64,000 nucleotides of DNA from Eledone cirrhosa (lineage: Eukaryota), in contig OZ024758.1 in NCBI GenBank assembly GCA_964016885.1, forward strand, positions 19,220,001 to 19,284,000. The letters run 5' to 3'. Below are positions 11,761 through 29,049 of the stretch, piece after piece (position 1 is the first letter of the stretch; every line of letters starts with the position of its first letter). A program made the translations under genes and the position numbers. The notes below the pieces were generated by a model that was not told where the DNA came from, searched no databases, and saw nothing but the letters and a program-made list of their open reading frames with translations.

Positions 11761-12281
11761 ATGTTCTCTTCCATAATAAAGTATTGAAATAAAGCAGTTT
11801 CTATAAGTTTCTTGTGTGTGTTATATGTTTAGAAGGTAATATCAGATACTCATCGTTCTATGCATGTATTAGTATAGCAATAACTATACCACGGAGAGGC
11901 ATCTACAGTTTCTTATACTCATAGCCACATATTTTTTGTGATATATGGTCATTACACGACATATCTATTGGCTTCCTTCACATGTTATATAAAACCACCC
12001 AGTTTCTGCATTCATGGTTCTGATATGCTAGTATGAGCTAATCAGGATTACTGGCGACTAGTAGCCATGTTTGTTGACGTTCTCCCTTATAGTTAGTTTC
12101 TCTGTCAGGAAACCTGACTACAGGATCATTTTCTGTCATTTTGTTGTGAATTTTATAATTCTGTTCTCACACATCAATATAGATATTCGTGTTAATATTA
12201 CTAGCATTAGTTATTATTCTGTTGTGGTTGTTGCGGTTGCAGTCGAGTGTGTTGATGTGGTAGTTACACTCACCTATTATA

Positions 12282-12880
<599 letters not shown>

Positions 12881-13208
12881 AAGAAGAAGACGTCAATGAT
12901 GATAATGATAAGGATGAAGCGGAGGAACAGTGAAAGAAATAATGCTTATGCAAAACACATATGTTTGCCTGAATTTCTCCTTAAACTGAGAGGGGGACTT
13001 TCCTTCCGTTTTTATTCCATCAGATAAACAACTTTCTTTGCAAGATTTCTTATCAGTATTGGTTATTTTTAGAACGGTATCGATTTTGTTGGCAACACAA
13101 AATCACACATGCATAAAACAATTCCTTTCCATGTTTCTCAAATGGGATTCCATACTATTGCCTTACGTTTCACGTGAGAAATGTTTACTTACACGCAAAC
13201 AATATGTA

Positions 13209-13214
<6 letters not shown>

Positions 13215-13265
<51 letters not shown>

Positions 13266-13267
13266 AC

Positions 13268-13318
<51 letters not shown>

Positions 13319-13348
13319 ATATATATATATATGTATATATAAAATAAC

Positions 13349-13393
<45 letters not shown>

Positions 13394-13396
13394 AAT

Positions 13397-13428
<32 letters not shown>

Positions 13429-13466
13429 ATATTATATATATATATATTATATATATATATATATAT

Positions 13467-13498
<32 letters not shown>

Positions 13499-13533
13499 AT
13501 ATATAGTATATATATATATATATATTATATATA

Positions 13534-13576
<43 letters not shown>

Positions 13577-13645
13577 ATATTATATATATATATATATTAT
13601 ATATATATATATTATATATATATATATATATTATATATATATATT

Positions 13646-13687
<42 letters not shown>

Positions 13688-13790
13688 ATTATATATATAT
13701 ATTACATATATATATATATTATATATATATTATATATATATATTATATATATATATATTATATATATATATATATATTATATATATATAT

Positions 13791-13822
<32 letters not shown>

Positions 13823-13826
13823 ATAT

Positions 13827-13857
<31 letters not shown>

Positions 13858-13895
13858 ATATATATATATTATATATTATATATATATATATATAT

Positions 13896-13984
<89 letters not shown>

Positions 13985-14058
13985 ATATATATATATATAT
14001 ATTATATATATAATATATATATATATATATTATATATATAATATATATATATATATAG

Positions 14059-14095
<37 letters not shown>
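13215..14095. repeat. Interrupted (TA)n microsatellite
   Basis: Direct reading; one of many such tracts (e.g. 15775-16560, 19495-20325, 36255-38165, 57260-58170, 63300-63950). Confidence 0.95.
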
Positions 14096-14096
<1 letters not shown>

Positions 14097-15121
14097 GAGA
14101 GAGAGAGAGAACTTTAAATAAGCTGTGCGCAACCCTCAGTAATTAATCGATGCTATCACGTGATTCCCAAGTTAAATTGGAAATACAGCCTCAGCTGAGG
14201 ACTGACTATTGATATCCATTCAAATAGTACTACGTCTTTACCAATACAATAATCTATTGAATTGGTACGTGCAATTGCAGTTATAAAGGGGACACTATAC
14301 TGAAACATCCGCTTAAAGCGTAACGGCAGTTTCTTTAAGAATCCTGCTCGTAGTTTTGTCTTGTGCAAAGTATATATACTGCCAATTGCTTAACTCCAAG
14401 TGTTATGTTACATCATCAGACTGTTACAGACTTAATGAGTTTCGGAATCGATCTGTCACATCTAACCACGAGAGTGGTGTGAAGTTTTCTGGGAAACCAA
14501 AAAAGACTTTCAAAAGTATATTGACTCCAAAGCGGAAAATACATATAAATAAATATATGACTTGAAAATGAAAATAAAGAAAGAGTCCATGATCAGTAAG
14601 TGACGAAGAAAAAGAGTGAGAGAAACGTTAAGATTAGAAAGTATAGGTAATTTAGAGAACAGAAAAGAAAACATTTGTAAAACTTGAAAGAACATTGGGT
14701 TACTACTTGAAAACAGGGAGTAGGTGCGTAGTTACCAATAAAATACTAGTATTAACAAGTATAAGGCAACTCTAAAGGTTATAGAGGTAAATATATGGAA
14801 GAAAGGAAGACATAAGTAAGAATAAAAATAAATACATAATAAAACCAAGCAACAAAAATAGAAAATATAGTGAATATTAAACACAGTTAAAATGTAGATT
14901 GAATGTAGATAGAATTAGAATAAATACTGACCTTTTAAATAATTAATAGTATTGAAAATAACCTATGGGTATCGGGTCATAGGCACGGTGAGCTAGACAT
15001 AAAGGTGCCTAAACTCTAAATTCCCAGCAGTTGGCAGTAAGTAGACATTTCTACCATAACGTCTCCAATGACATTGCAATGGTCAGGCTATGAATAAAAC
15101 TGAAATATATGTATGCCATAA

Positions 15122-15562
15122 ATAATGGTTTCTTATGTAGGCACAATGCCAGGAAAGTAGGGGGGGGGGGGTGCGACAAGTCAATGAAATCGACCCCAGT
15201 GCGTGATTGGTACTTTATTTTATCGACCCGTAAGGATGAAAGTCAAAGTTAACCTCGGCGGGACTTGAACTCAGATCATAAAAGGCCGTAACTCTATGCG
15301 ACAAAGCATGGCGTCCGTTTCTCTACCGATACTGCCAATCCACCACCCTATAGTACTTTAACATACATCACGTACCAGTAATTGTTTATACTTTTAAGCA
15401 CAAGGCCAGCAAGTTACTCAGTGCATTACTCGTACTTTATTTTATCGACCTTGTACGGATGAAAGGCAAAGTTAACAACGGTGGGATTTCAACACAAAAA
15501 GTAAAAGGCCATAACTCTATGCTGCAAAGCATGATGTCTGAGCCTCTACCGATTCTGCTATT
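15122..15562 (-). mobile_element. MetaSINE/MESC-type SINE pair
   Basis: Two same-orientation copies, 15122-15349 and 15379-15562. Confidence 0.8.
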
Positions 15563-15774
15563 CAAGCAAATTTAACAGATATAAGATGCATTGTTAAATA
15601 TATGGCGACAACGTATGTATGAGGATAATATAGTGAGAGTTAACATGTGAAAGGATGAACTGATTACTAAAATAATTAAATTTATAAGGTAGATATATAC
15701 AGAGTAGACATACAGCTATGACATGGATATACAACATTGCATGTGCCTCTATCCACTCATAAATACTATATACG

Positions 15775-15835
<61 letters not shown>

Positions 15836-15934
15836 TATATATATATACATATATATATATATACAGTGTATATATATATATATATATACAGTGTATATAT
15901 GTATATATATATATATATATATATACATATACAG

Positions 15935-15968
<34 letters not shown>

Positions 15969-16000
15969 AATATATATATACAGTGTATATATATATATAC

Positions 16001-16035
<35 letters not shown>

Positions 16036-16037
16036 CA

Positions 16038-16078
<41 letters not shown>

Positions 16079-16130
16079 TACAGTGTATATATATATATAT
16101 ATATATAGTGTATATATATATATATATACA

Positions 16131-16174
<44 letters not shown>

Positions 16175-16196
16175 TATATATATATATATATATACA

Positions 16197-16278
<82 letters not shown>

Positions 16279-16374
16279 TGTATATATATATACATATATA
16301 TATATACAGTATACATATATATATAAATATATATATATATATACAGTGTATATATATATATATATATATATACA

Positions 16375-16409
<35 letters not shown>

Positions 16410-16411
16410 CA

Positions 16412-16446
<35 letters not shown>

Positions 16447-16449
16447 CAG

Positions 16450-16482
<33 letters not shown>

Positions 16483-16484
16483 AC

Positions 16485-16561
<77 letters not shown>

Positions 16562-16656
16562 CATATATGTATGTATATGTATGCAGGTTGACATTTACTT
16601 TTCTTGACGAAAGAAACAAGTGTTAATACTGTAAATAAACGGTATCTTTATTCATT

Positions 16657-16713
<57 letters not shown>

Positions 16714-16915
16714 TATATATATATGATATTGAAATAGCTTTTACAGGACTAGAACTGTTTCACCCGAAGGGCTTTATTGATGATATCATTCGAATGATAT
16801 AGATCTAGACCTGTAGAACCCTATTTCTTTATTATATACATATACTCGGCTATGTATTGAGTACCTTTCTTACTGTGGTTATCCCCGATCGAATCCAGGA
16901 TACACACACACACAG

Positions 16916-16969
<54 letters not shown>

Positions 16970-16973
<4 letters not shown>

Positions 16974-17178
16974 ATAATAATAAAATTGAAGACTAAAATC
17001 CAAAGAGGGCTTGATAAGGAAAATATATATCGAATATATAAGAACCGAAGAGCAAATATTTATTAATATAACAGATTGAAGTTTAAGCAAAGAATCGCTG
17101 CTTTCACCCATAACGGGATAAGATCCCGTTAAGGGTGAAAGCACCGATTCTTTGCTTAAACTTTAATCTGTTATATTA

Positions 17179-17183
<5 letters not shown>
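16970..17183. mobile_element. Family B fold-back copy in (TA)n
   Basis: GTTTAAGCAAAGAATCGCTGCTTTCACCCATAACGGGAT / ATCCCGTTAAGGGTGAAAGCACCGATTCTTTGCTTAAAC. Confidence 0.8.
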
Positions 17184-17910
<727 letters not shown>

Positions 17911-18368
17911 TTAATAGTTTAAACAAACTTGTGGTGAAACGGAAGTATATTTGTAGGGATATATATCCTTAAAAGCTAGATATATATCTATAGCGCGGCA
18001 CTTCCATAATTAATTTAGGTATCAGAATCACCCGCATACCAAGTTTATCGCGGCTGAAGATCGCTTTGTTCAGATTGATGTTGTCATACTTCTCTCACAT
18101 ATTCTACTGCAACACATTTAATAATTGGAAGCATCATGAAAATCTTCGTACATGCACGTGCAATATGTATATGCGTATATATATATATATATATTATTTA
18201 TTTATGAATATATATACATATATATTTATATATATTTATGAATATAGATATACATATATATTTATATATATATATTTATATGTATATTTATCTATGTCTA
18301 TATCTATACATGCACACACATAGACACTCAAACATATAGATAAATATATCATCTATCGCTCTCTCTCC

Positions 18369-18413
<45 letters not shown>

Positions 18414-19031
18414 GTTAATAAATATAAATATCTGCATTTCAACATGTTCCTATGACATTCCCTGGACCGGTTCATTCTAGATTAATCTTTAGGTTTTTCC
18501 CTGTTATATCTATCTACATTATTGATTAATTTGTTCATTAATCTTTATATTCTTCTTATATCTCTTTCAAGTGCTCTCCTTAATTCTCCGCATCCCCCAC
18601 TCTCATACAAACAAATTCTCTTACCCATTCTTTCGCTTTCTCTCGTTCACCTATACAATGTTGTATTCCATTGCCTATGCATTTGTTAGTTCTGTCCATC
18701 ATCATCTCCTTTCTTTTATTTGCTTCTACTCTTTGTAGTGTCTCCGTTTGATTTTCCTGTTCACCAATAATCCTTTTCTTCCACTTCATATTTATCACAA
18801 ACCATGTTGATTAGCTATCGCACTGGCTTGTCATGTGTTTGCAGCTGTTAGCTTGACGTTTTAGGCAGAAAACTATTATCTGCGTAAGTTTGTCAAGGTA
18901 TTAGAAAACGGATTATATTACCAGGTCTTGCCTCTGCTTTTAAGCTGATTGGAGGGCAAGAAAAGAAGACAATGACATAATTAACTTGTGTTTACACACA
19001 CACACATGCACACATATATATATATATATAT

Positions 19032-19140
<109 letters not shown>

Positions 19141-19152
19141 CATATACATACA

Positions 19153-19190
<38 letters not shown>

Positions 19191-19199
19191 CATACATAT

Positions 19200-19497
19200 A
19201 TGGTGGCTGCCAACTCGTTTTCGAGTACGGCCACTACTTTATATCCATGTAGGAGAACCCCTACCGATGCGCTGAACGAGTGTGACTTTTTAGTCCAGCC
19301 AGCAACTTGGTACAAACACTACACCTGTGACAATTATTGACACATAGTGCTGGGCCCATGATACCATGTGACAACAAGTGCAGAGAGATCTCCAGATATA
19401 AAGCAATGCCTGTGCCGTGAAGCTTTTATAGTGAGCAAAGGCACTGCACAAAGCCAGTCCCACTCTCTTAACCAAGATGATATTTACCAAAAAGAAT
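19200..19497 (-). mobile_element. Family C element, 3' half
   Basis: Collinear with 41673-41975; bounded by (TA)n. Confidence 0.85.
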
Positions 19498-19498
19498 A

Positions 19499-19686
<188 letters not shown>

Positions 19687-19797
19687 TACATACATATATA
19701 TATATACATATATACACATATATATATATACAATTACACACATATATATATATATACATATATATATATACATACATATATATATACATATATATAT

Positions 19798-19844
<47 letters not shown>

Positions 19845-20057
19845 CATACATACATATATATATACATATATATATATATACATATTTATATACATACATA
19901 TATATATATATACATTTATATATATATATTTATATACATACATATATATATATATACATTTATATATATATATTTATATACATATATATACATATATACA
20001 TACATATATATATATACATATACATATATATACATATACATATATACATATACATAC

Positions 20058-20088
<31 letters not shown>

Positions 20089-20093
20089 CATAC

Positions 20094-20203
<110 letters not shown>

Positions 20204-20230
20204 ATATGTATCTATATGTATATATGTATG

Positions 20231-20325
<95 letters not shown>

Positions 20326-20327
<2 letters not shown>

Positions 20328-20893
20328 CAACCTGTGCCATAGTCGGGTCGTTGGCGACTAAACTGGCAACCCCACCAAAGTTTCTTGGTGAGGATCGTGA
20401 CTTTGGACATCCTGCAGGACTAAAAACAAAATCTGTCAAATGGCAAAGGAGCTCTTAAGAGTCAATGGCCATCCAAAATCACTGGGAGAGATGACCCCTT
20501 AGCCTTTGTCAAGGCAGAATTCTAGGAGAAGGAAAACTCTTATATAACACCCTGCAACCCTGATGGTATCCAATGATGTTCACTTGTTCTTCTCTTTGGT
20601 AAATATCATCTTGGGTAAGAGCGTGGGACTGGCTTTGTGCAGTGCCTTTGCTCACTATAAAAGCTTCACGGCACAGGCCTTGCTTTATATCTGGAGATCT
20701 CTCTGCACTTGTCGTTACATGGTACCATGGTCCCAGCACTATGTGTCAATAAATGTCACAGGTATAGTGTTTGTACCAGAGTTTTCAAGTCGCTGGCTGG
20801 ACTAAAAATTCACACTCGTTCAGCGCATCGTTAGAGGTTCTCCTACATGGATATAAAGTCGTGGCCGTACTCGAAAACGAGTTGGCAGCCACC
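20326..20893 (+). mobile_element. Family C element, nearly full length (HDV-like head truncated)
   Basis: Reverse complement of 41673-42236; ends GAGTTGGCAGCCACCA into (TA)n. Confidence 0.85.
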
Positions 20894-20898
20894 ATATT

Positions 20899-21464
<566 letters not shown>

Positions 21465-21575
21465 TATATATATATATATATAGATATATATAGATATATA
21501 TGTATATATATATATATATATATATAGATATAGATACATATGTATGCATATATATATGTATACGTATGTATATAT

Positions 21576-21890
21576 CCCAACATGTTTCCCTCCTTGTTCG
21601 CAATCTCCGATCTCCCTATCTTTACCCTCTATTGTATTCCTATTGTTCGTGTGACTAAGCTTGGTGTAGCTTATACATAGCACTGTGTCTATTAAGATCT
21701 GAGGAAACCTACCAAACGGTATGATTGAGACACTGTAAGCAAATACAAACTGTTTGAGTATGTAAGCGTTCTATGGTTTCCGTTACATATAACGGCTCTG
21801 TTCTTGTACATTGTGCTAATACAATGCTGTGATAATACAACACGGTGCATGTGTGTTTATGCACATATGATCTGTGCTATACGTAAATAC
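21576..21890 (+). mobile_element. Family E copy with decayed hammerhead (GAAA to GAGA)
   Basis: CTGAGGAAACCTACCAAACGGTATGATTGAGACACTGTAAGC at ~21699-21740. Confidence 0.7.
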
Positions 21891-21931
21891 ATATATATAT
21901 ATATATATACATACATGTATATATATACATA

Positions 21932-22071
<140 letters not shown>

Positions 22072-22209
22072 TATATATACATATATATATATAGAAGGAT
22101 TTAAATGGATACAGTTGAGTTAAAAGGAATTTATTGACACGTGTTTCAATAACAGTTACATAACCCATAACCTGAAAACAGCTTGTACGTAACCTGAAAA
22201 CTATCTATC

Positions 22210-22274
<65 letters not shown>

Positions 22275-22278
<4 letters not shown>

Positions 22279-22434
22279 ATAATAATAAATTTGAAGTCTA
22301 AAATCCAAAGATGCCTCGATAAGAATATATATTTATATATCAAATATATAAGAAGCGTAGAGCAAATATTTATTAAAATAACAGATTAAAGTTTAAGCAA
22401 AGTATCGCTGCTTACACCCTTAACGGGATCTTCT
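22275..22434 (-). mobile_element. Family B single arm
   Basis: AGTAATAATAATAAATTTGAAGTCTAAAATCCAAAG...CCCTTAACGGGATCTTCT. Confidence 0.75.
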
Positions 22435-22939
22435 ATTAATTACGCTCCAGATAATATCTGTTGAATGATTCTAATCTGTTCTAAATTTAACCTTGTTGGA
22501 TAATTAACAAACCATATAACACAATCTTTATATATATATATATATATATATATATCTTACTAATATATTTCTATGTTTGTGTGAGGGTGTTTTGCAGCAG
22601 TCTTTCTACTCACATCATACCGATATACCACTACGATAGAATTCAACGCCTACATAACATTTCCCTTGTCACTCAATATATACTTTCTAATAATTAGGGA
22701 TTAGGTTGTAGAATTAATTTGCGTCTCGTATTGTATGTGTTTAATAGATATTGTTTGACGTTATTGTATTGGATCGTATATCCTTATTTGTCTTCATTGG
22801 GCTTCTACCATAAGATGAATTAACGTTTTCAAAATACCAATTGTCCTGATTTACGATTTCTGGTAACAAACCCTTTGCAGGACAATGAGTTAATCGTAAA
22901 GACTCTGTTTCACTAAATAACTCTCAATATTTAATATTG

Positions 22940-23110
22940 TCGCTAGAGGGTCGGACGCCATGCCTTGACGCATAGAGTTATGGCCCTTGCCATTTTGAGT
23001 TCAAATCCTGCTGAGGTTAACTTTGCCTTTCATACTTACGGGGTCGATAAAATAAAGTAGCAGTAATGCACTGGGTAATTGCTGGCCTTGTGCCAAAAGT
23101 AGAAACAATC
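22940..23110 (+). mobile_element. MetaSINE/MESC-type SINE
   Basis: Consensus match including B-box GAGTTCAAATCC. Confidence 0.85.
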
Positions 23111-24062
23111 ATTTAATCTTGACTGTCTTCAAAACCAATGCTCTTAATATATTCGTTCTCTCATTTACTGATCCATACATAGTACCGAAACACCCAATGG
23201 TGTCATAATGGGTGCCGCATTTATTCGGGGCATTTCTATGGCAATTTTTAAAACAGGTGGAACACAACTCCCCAGGTCCGAATAAAGCAGATTTCTTCCA
23301 GATAATCATATAATGTAAGAAAATGAAAGTGAGTATGATATATTAAGGAATAAGTGAACTCAGTACATGACTGGTAAATTTGTTATCGACCTCGACTGAA
23401 TAAATACACATTTGACCTCAACAGCATTCGAAATTAGAGAGCAGAGAGATGGAACGAATTCTATAAAGGATTCTGATTCTCTCCGACGTTGTAACCACTG
23501 CCAATTCGCTGTGTTCTTTTATTGACAGCCATTATTAATTTAAAAATAATGTGACATGAAACGTAATTATATGTCGCTAGCTAATCCTAATACTTGAGTC
23601 AAAACGTTTAACTCACGTATTACTTAAGGCATTATATCATTAATATTCTAACTGTGCAGATAATATTAATATTCCAACAGAGAATAGAATGTTCTTCCTC
23701 TACTCCTGCAATTACAATATACACTGAAATGGCGGAAGTACGTTGATGTGATACAACATTTCTTTGACTGGAGGCAAACCATTTCAGTTTAGCAATTTAT
23801 TCTTTAACATACGATAAATAGGACATTGGAAAGCTGTCCTCCTGCCATATTTTAATTGTCGATGTGATTGGCTGGTATTTTAAACATGTTTGGTTAGATT
23901 CTGGATGAACAATCTCTCAAATGTCTCAACACATTTCGCATTTATAAAAATATAAAATTAAATTGTATGTGGTAATTAATACATTACACATGTATGTAAA
24001 TGTGTATGTATGTATGTATGTATGTATGTATGTATGTATGTATGTATGTATGTATGTATTTT

Positions 24063-24131
<69 letters not shown>

Positions 24132-24293
24132 TTTTTTTTTTTTTTTTTATTGTGCAATGGCCATACTCGATAACGAGGGGGCAGCCATCATGTATGTATG
24201 TATGTATGTATGTATGTATGTATGTATCTGTGCTTGTATATATGTATTAATTACGTATGCATACAAATACACATACACAAATATATACTGACA

Positions 24294-24323
<30 letters not shown>

Positions 24324-24329
<6 letters not shown>

Positions 24330-24387
24330 ACATAGAGCACTCCCCTTTTCTTTATTTTTTCTACAGAAATACTTATCACACACACAC

Positions 24388-24438
<51 letters not shown>

Positions 24439-24518
24439 TGTGTGTTTGTGTGTGAGTGTGTGTGTGATAAGTATTTCTGTAGAAAAAATAAAGAAAAGGG
24501 GAGTGCTCTATGTATTGT
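24324..24518. repeat. ~60-bp inverted repeat around a (TA)/(TG) spacer
   Basis: ACAATACATAGAGCACTCCCCTTTTC...ATCACACACAC and its reverse complement. Confidence 0.85.
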
Positions 24519-25969
24519 TCAGGGGCTTCTTAATTACGTAATAAACAACACAATATAATTATTTCATTATCAAAGGTTCCAAGAAACTAGATAATTCCTT
24601 TAAGAAATGTTTAGCTCATTCGTCAGCCAACACAATTGTTGCAATAGAAGAATTTGTGAAGATATTTATAAACATTGGAATATTACTGGTACCAAGAAGA
24701 ATAGAACAGCTTCAAACTCTGTTACGATAAGTAGGTCACGAGTATATACGTGCAGTATTCTCTGCTTCAGAAACACACACGCACACCCACACACAAACAC
24801 CCACCCACACACACATACACACACACACATACACACACACATACACACAACACAAAAACAAACACTCACAAGCACACACAGTGAAGTTCAGGCGTATATT
24901 AATAATGAATTATTTTGAAGCCTTAATAAATGTTCCTATTTCTACAAAAGCAAAAAATAAAACCACGTAAAAATGGTGCCAGTATAAAATTTATTAGTCA
25001 CATATGTTTAATCTTATTTCTTGTAGAATTATATCGTCAATCAACAAATAAATACATAATATAATACACACGCAAGAAATCATTTGAAATATAGAAACTA
25101 TATATAAGAAAATGTATCTGCGTGTTTTTTTTCCCCAACGTACTGTATAGTTTTATTAACCTGAAATAAATCATATGTAACTTCATCGAGGTTGATAGGT
25201 AAATAATTTCAAGCATTGGTGAAAAACAAATTAATGGATTTTTTGTAGAAATGATATTGGTGTTGCTATCGATCTTGTGATTCATGGTTGAGGGGAATTG
25301 TTTTTGTAATTTATCGTCTTTGTGAACAAATAGTTCTTTCTCATTACTGTTTCATCGGCGTACGAACATACCAAATTCTTCCGTCTAGCAGAAGAAGAAC
25401 CAAATGAGCAGGAGGATAAGGAGTATGAAGAGGAGGAAAAGAAGGGGCAGAGAAGATGGCAGAGGTGAAGAGAAGAAGAAGGGGAAGAAGGCCGAGGAGG
25501 TGAAAGAAAAGAGGGAGAAGAGGAAGTATGAAGAGGGCAAGAATAAGAAGGCGGAGGAGGAGAAAAAGAAAAAAATGAGAAGTTGAAGAAGGGGAGAAAA
25601 TAAACAAGAAGGCGAAGAATAAGAATAAAAGTAGTAGTCGTAGAGAAAACGGAAGAAGAAAAAAAGAAGAGGAAGACGAAAAAAGAAGAAGAAGAAAAAA
25701 ATTATTTTTTAATTCAATAGCAAGGCCAGTAAGCTATTAGGGAAGTCACATCCACGGCGAACATGATATGTACTTTGATTATGATGAGATTTGAAACCTG
25801 GACGTAGAAGGCCGTAGAAAATATGCAATTCATTTATAAATACATATATACAAGGTGGTCCGAAAGTCTTGACACCCCCTACCACGTCTTTTCTCCATGA
25901 CGTTATGGCTTATTTCGTTGACGAATGTTGGTTTAAAGGATTAAAATCATTATATATTATCATTAATGT

Positions 25970-26150
25970 TGCGGTGGATTGGCAGTATCGGCAGAGGGGC
26001 GGACGCCATGGTTTAACGCATAGATTTACGGCCCTTGCCATTCTCATTTCAAATCCCGCCGAGGTTATCTTTGCCTTTCATCCTTACGGAGTCGATAAAA
26101 TAAAGCACCAGTAATGCACTGGTTTCTTGCTGGACTTGTGTCAAAAGTAG
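25970..26150 (+). mobile_element. MetaSINE/MESC-type SINE
   Basis: Consensus match. Confidence 0.8.
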
Positions 26151-26379
26151 ATTACACAAACACAATTATAATTATTAAAACAAAATTATAATTATTAAAA
26201 CAAAAAAATAATGAAAGTGAAAATAATATGTAGGGGAGACAATTCTTTCGGAACACACTGTACATGCCTAATAAGATTACCTAATTTCGGCATGGGTTTG
26301 ACATTTTGTAGGGAAGGAAATATCGATTATAAACTACAAAACAAACTCAGTTTTATGCTTCATAGATGCTTTTTATTAT

Positions 26380-26757
26380 TAACACACACAGACACCCGGA
26401 TGTGGCGCATGCGCAGACTGAGCACACAACACACACACAGAAACAAAATGGCGTAGGACAGAACAAAGGAGAGGCACAGAAACAAAGAAAGGAATCCCCA
26501 GTCACTGAAGAGGTCACATAGTGTGTGACGAAAGAACTATGACTATATATAAACAACTATCTGGTTGTGGAACCAACCAACCAACCAACCAGAAATTTAT
26601 AAATTTGTAAATTTATAAATTTATAAATATATAATAAATTGAAGTGAAATAACTGGTGCGTGTGTTTCTTATTGGCAACATGACCCTCCCAAAGTATAAC
26701 AATATCGGTTTCAACACACGATTTCAGATAAAGAATCTTGCTAAACAAATTCAGAAA

Positions 26758-26760
<3 letters not shown>
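26380..26760 (+). mobile_element. Diverged P1-related terminal repeat (subfamily P2)
   Basis: Shares AAAATGGCGTAG, the hammerhead position and GACCCTCCC(A)AAGTATAAC with P1; its last ~65 bp recur inverted at 37105-37169. Confidence 0.7.
26500..26544 (+). ncRNA. Minimal type I hammerhead motif
   Basis: AGUCA-CUGAAGA-G-GUCACA(UAGUG)UGUGAC-GAAA-GAAC-UA-UGACU. Confidence 0.75.
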
Positions 26761-26837
<77 letters not shown>

Positions 26838-28635
26838 TCTATTATCAAAATGACAATGATTACGTCTCTAAGGAAAACATATATTCAGATATTTCATAGA
26901 ATATAATGAGAAGAGTACTTTTCAGGATACAGCTCGTAAATAAATGAAGTATGGTAAAATTGTTTCCAGATGCATTGATTTAACAAAAGTCTATCACTAT
27001 CATTAATGCACTGATAGCTTTGTTGGCGCAATTAGATTAACTTGGCTGTGTTGTTTTTCTCTAATACTACACGTCTTCCTGCCTAAAGTATTTTACATTG
27101 AATAGATTCAATGTGTTATTGTATTAAATGAGGTAATATGTAGAAGAGTTAATAAGAAAAAAGACAAAAAAACCCAACAACAACAAAAACATATAACACG
27201 AAACGAAAAATAAACAGAAATACAACTAACGAATCATCATTTCTTGAATTAGCCGAAATCGTTTGAAATGTTTCTCAAAGCTCAGCTATTTTCATAATAA
27301 ATTTAAAAAAAACCTTTATCCGGTCCTGTGTTTGTTTAGGCTGATGTAAATGTGTTGTTCATACAAGAATCACTACAGTCAGTCTGCAGCCTTTTGTTTC
27401 GGTCAGGAATAGAAATTCTTTATGCGTTAGAAATTCTTAAGAGACATTCAAATTTGCCATTAATGGAGTTTCCGCTTGCAGTGAAACGTAGTAGTTAAAT
27501 TATATGAACGATGTTCTATTAAACCCATTATCAAAAATGGATTCAAATCCCCAAACTTTCTTTAACCTAGTTATTCTTGAGAAACGATTTGACATGATTG
27601 AATTCTCCATCATTCTTAATACTTATTGTTTCTCTGTTTGCTTGATACGTAGCATTCGTTGGAATATATTGTAAAATTACAATCTCCCACTCATGTATAT
27701 AACACGTTTATTGTATAAACAGCGAAAACTGCGATCACAATATTTAAAAAGAGAACAGCAAGAAATCTGGCTTCCTCCGTCTGTTGAACAAGTAAACCAT
27801 TTAAAATAAAGATTGAAATCGTAAAAGAGGAAGCGAAATTATTCTATAACATTACCACAAACTCAATCGGCTTTAGCAACTACGTTACACAGATATGGCT
27901 CCCTCAGACAAAGGAATTGAATGCGGACCTACATTTGTCTTTCAAATATAATAATAGAGGAATCAGCTACATATTACATCGTATTTTTACAATATTTGAT
28001 GAATAATATTATCCATAGCTTCAGCTGAATAAATGCCATGGGAAATAGACTTTCTATTTACTCATAATTCATCGAACCTAGAATATTTTAAATCAGAGGG
28101 TTCGCGTTAGAGATATTTAGATACTCTGCTAAGAATAGTTTTGAGAAGAATCTAGAGATAATCTCTTAAATTCCAATCCACCTAATTATCAACCCGATCT
28201 GAAAAGATTTAAAACAGTTGTTATATTTAACAGGCTTACATATTCAATCAGAGACTTGACTATTCTTCAGAAATATACAGACTCTCATATATCTTCCGGC
28301 AGAATGAATTTGAAAGTATGTGACAAGTGTAGGCTACTTGATTCTAAGAAAAGTGCATCGAACGCCACCCACAACATTTTTTTATCTCAGCTGTTTTTAA
28401 AGGTATTGTCCGTCCGATGAAATATACGTTTAAAACTACTTGGTAAATATGCCAACCCCGTAACGAAGAAAACCTCGCATCCAATATACCAATCGTACAC
28501 AATGCAATTTACATGAGGATACTTGATCAACATTATTTTAATTGTACTAACATTTAAAATACACTTTAAATTATTTATACAATTGTTTATTTTTCATTTC
28601 TACATAAGCTCACTAGTTCTTCTATATACATATAT

Positions 28636-28728
<93 letters not shown>

Positions 28729-28735
28729 AGAAATA

Positions 28736-28772
<37 letters not shown>

Positions 28773-29049
28773 CGTGTCTATTTGTGTGTATAATATTTCA
28801 TATACACTTGCTAATTTTATAATTGCACATTTGTCTTTATATAAAAGTACGCATTCTCTTACTCACATATACTTTACCCATTTATAATACGTAACCTTGA
28901 CTGATTCTAAATATGTATGGTTGTAGATGTACTTGTGTTTGTATGAATATGTCATTTGAATAGCTTCCTGCTAGATATTGTTGAAATGACCACGAATTAA
29001 CATGACTATAGATACAATAGACACAATATGAAAAACTTCTAAATACCGA

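Noticed and set aside
14190-14420. Isolated CTGAGGA/CTGATGA heptamers (also ~24620, ~28263, ~32603)
   Set aside because: No correctly placed stem II plus GAAA
25344-25700. Hydrophobic and charged ORFs
   Set aside because: Purine-rich (GAA/GAG) low-complexity tract
25848-25882. TACAAGGTGGTCCGAAAGTC, a mariner-like terminal repeat (similar ends at ~10703 and ~53234)
   Set aside because: No matching opposite terminus or transposase found nearby
27400-28500. Unique-looking AT-rich stretch, possibly a decayed RT
   Set aside because: No motif could be read convincingly in any frame
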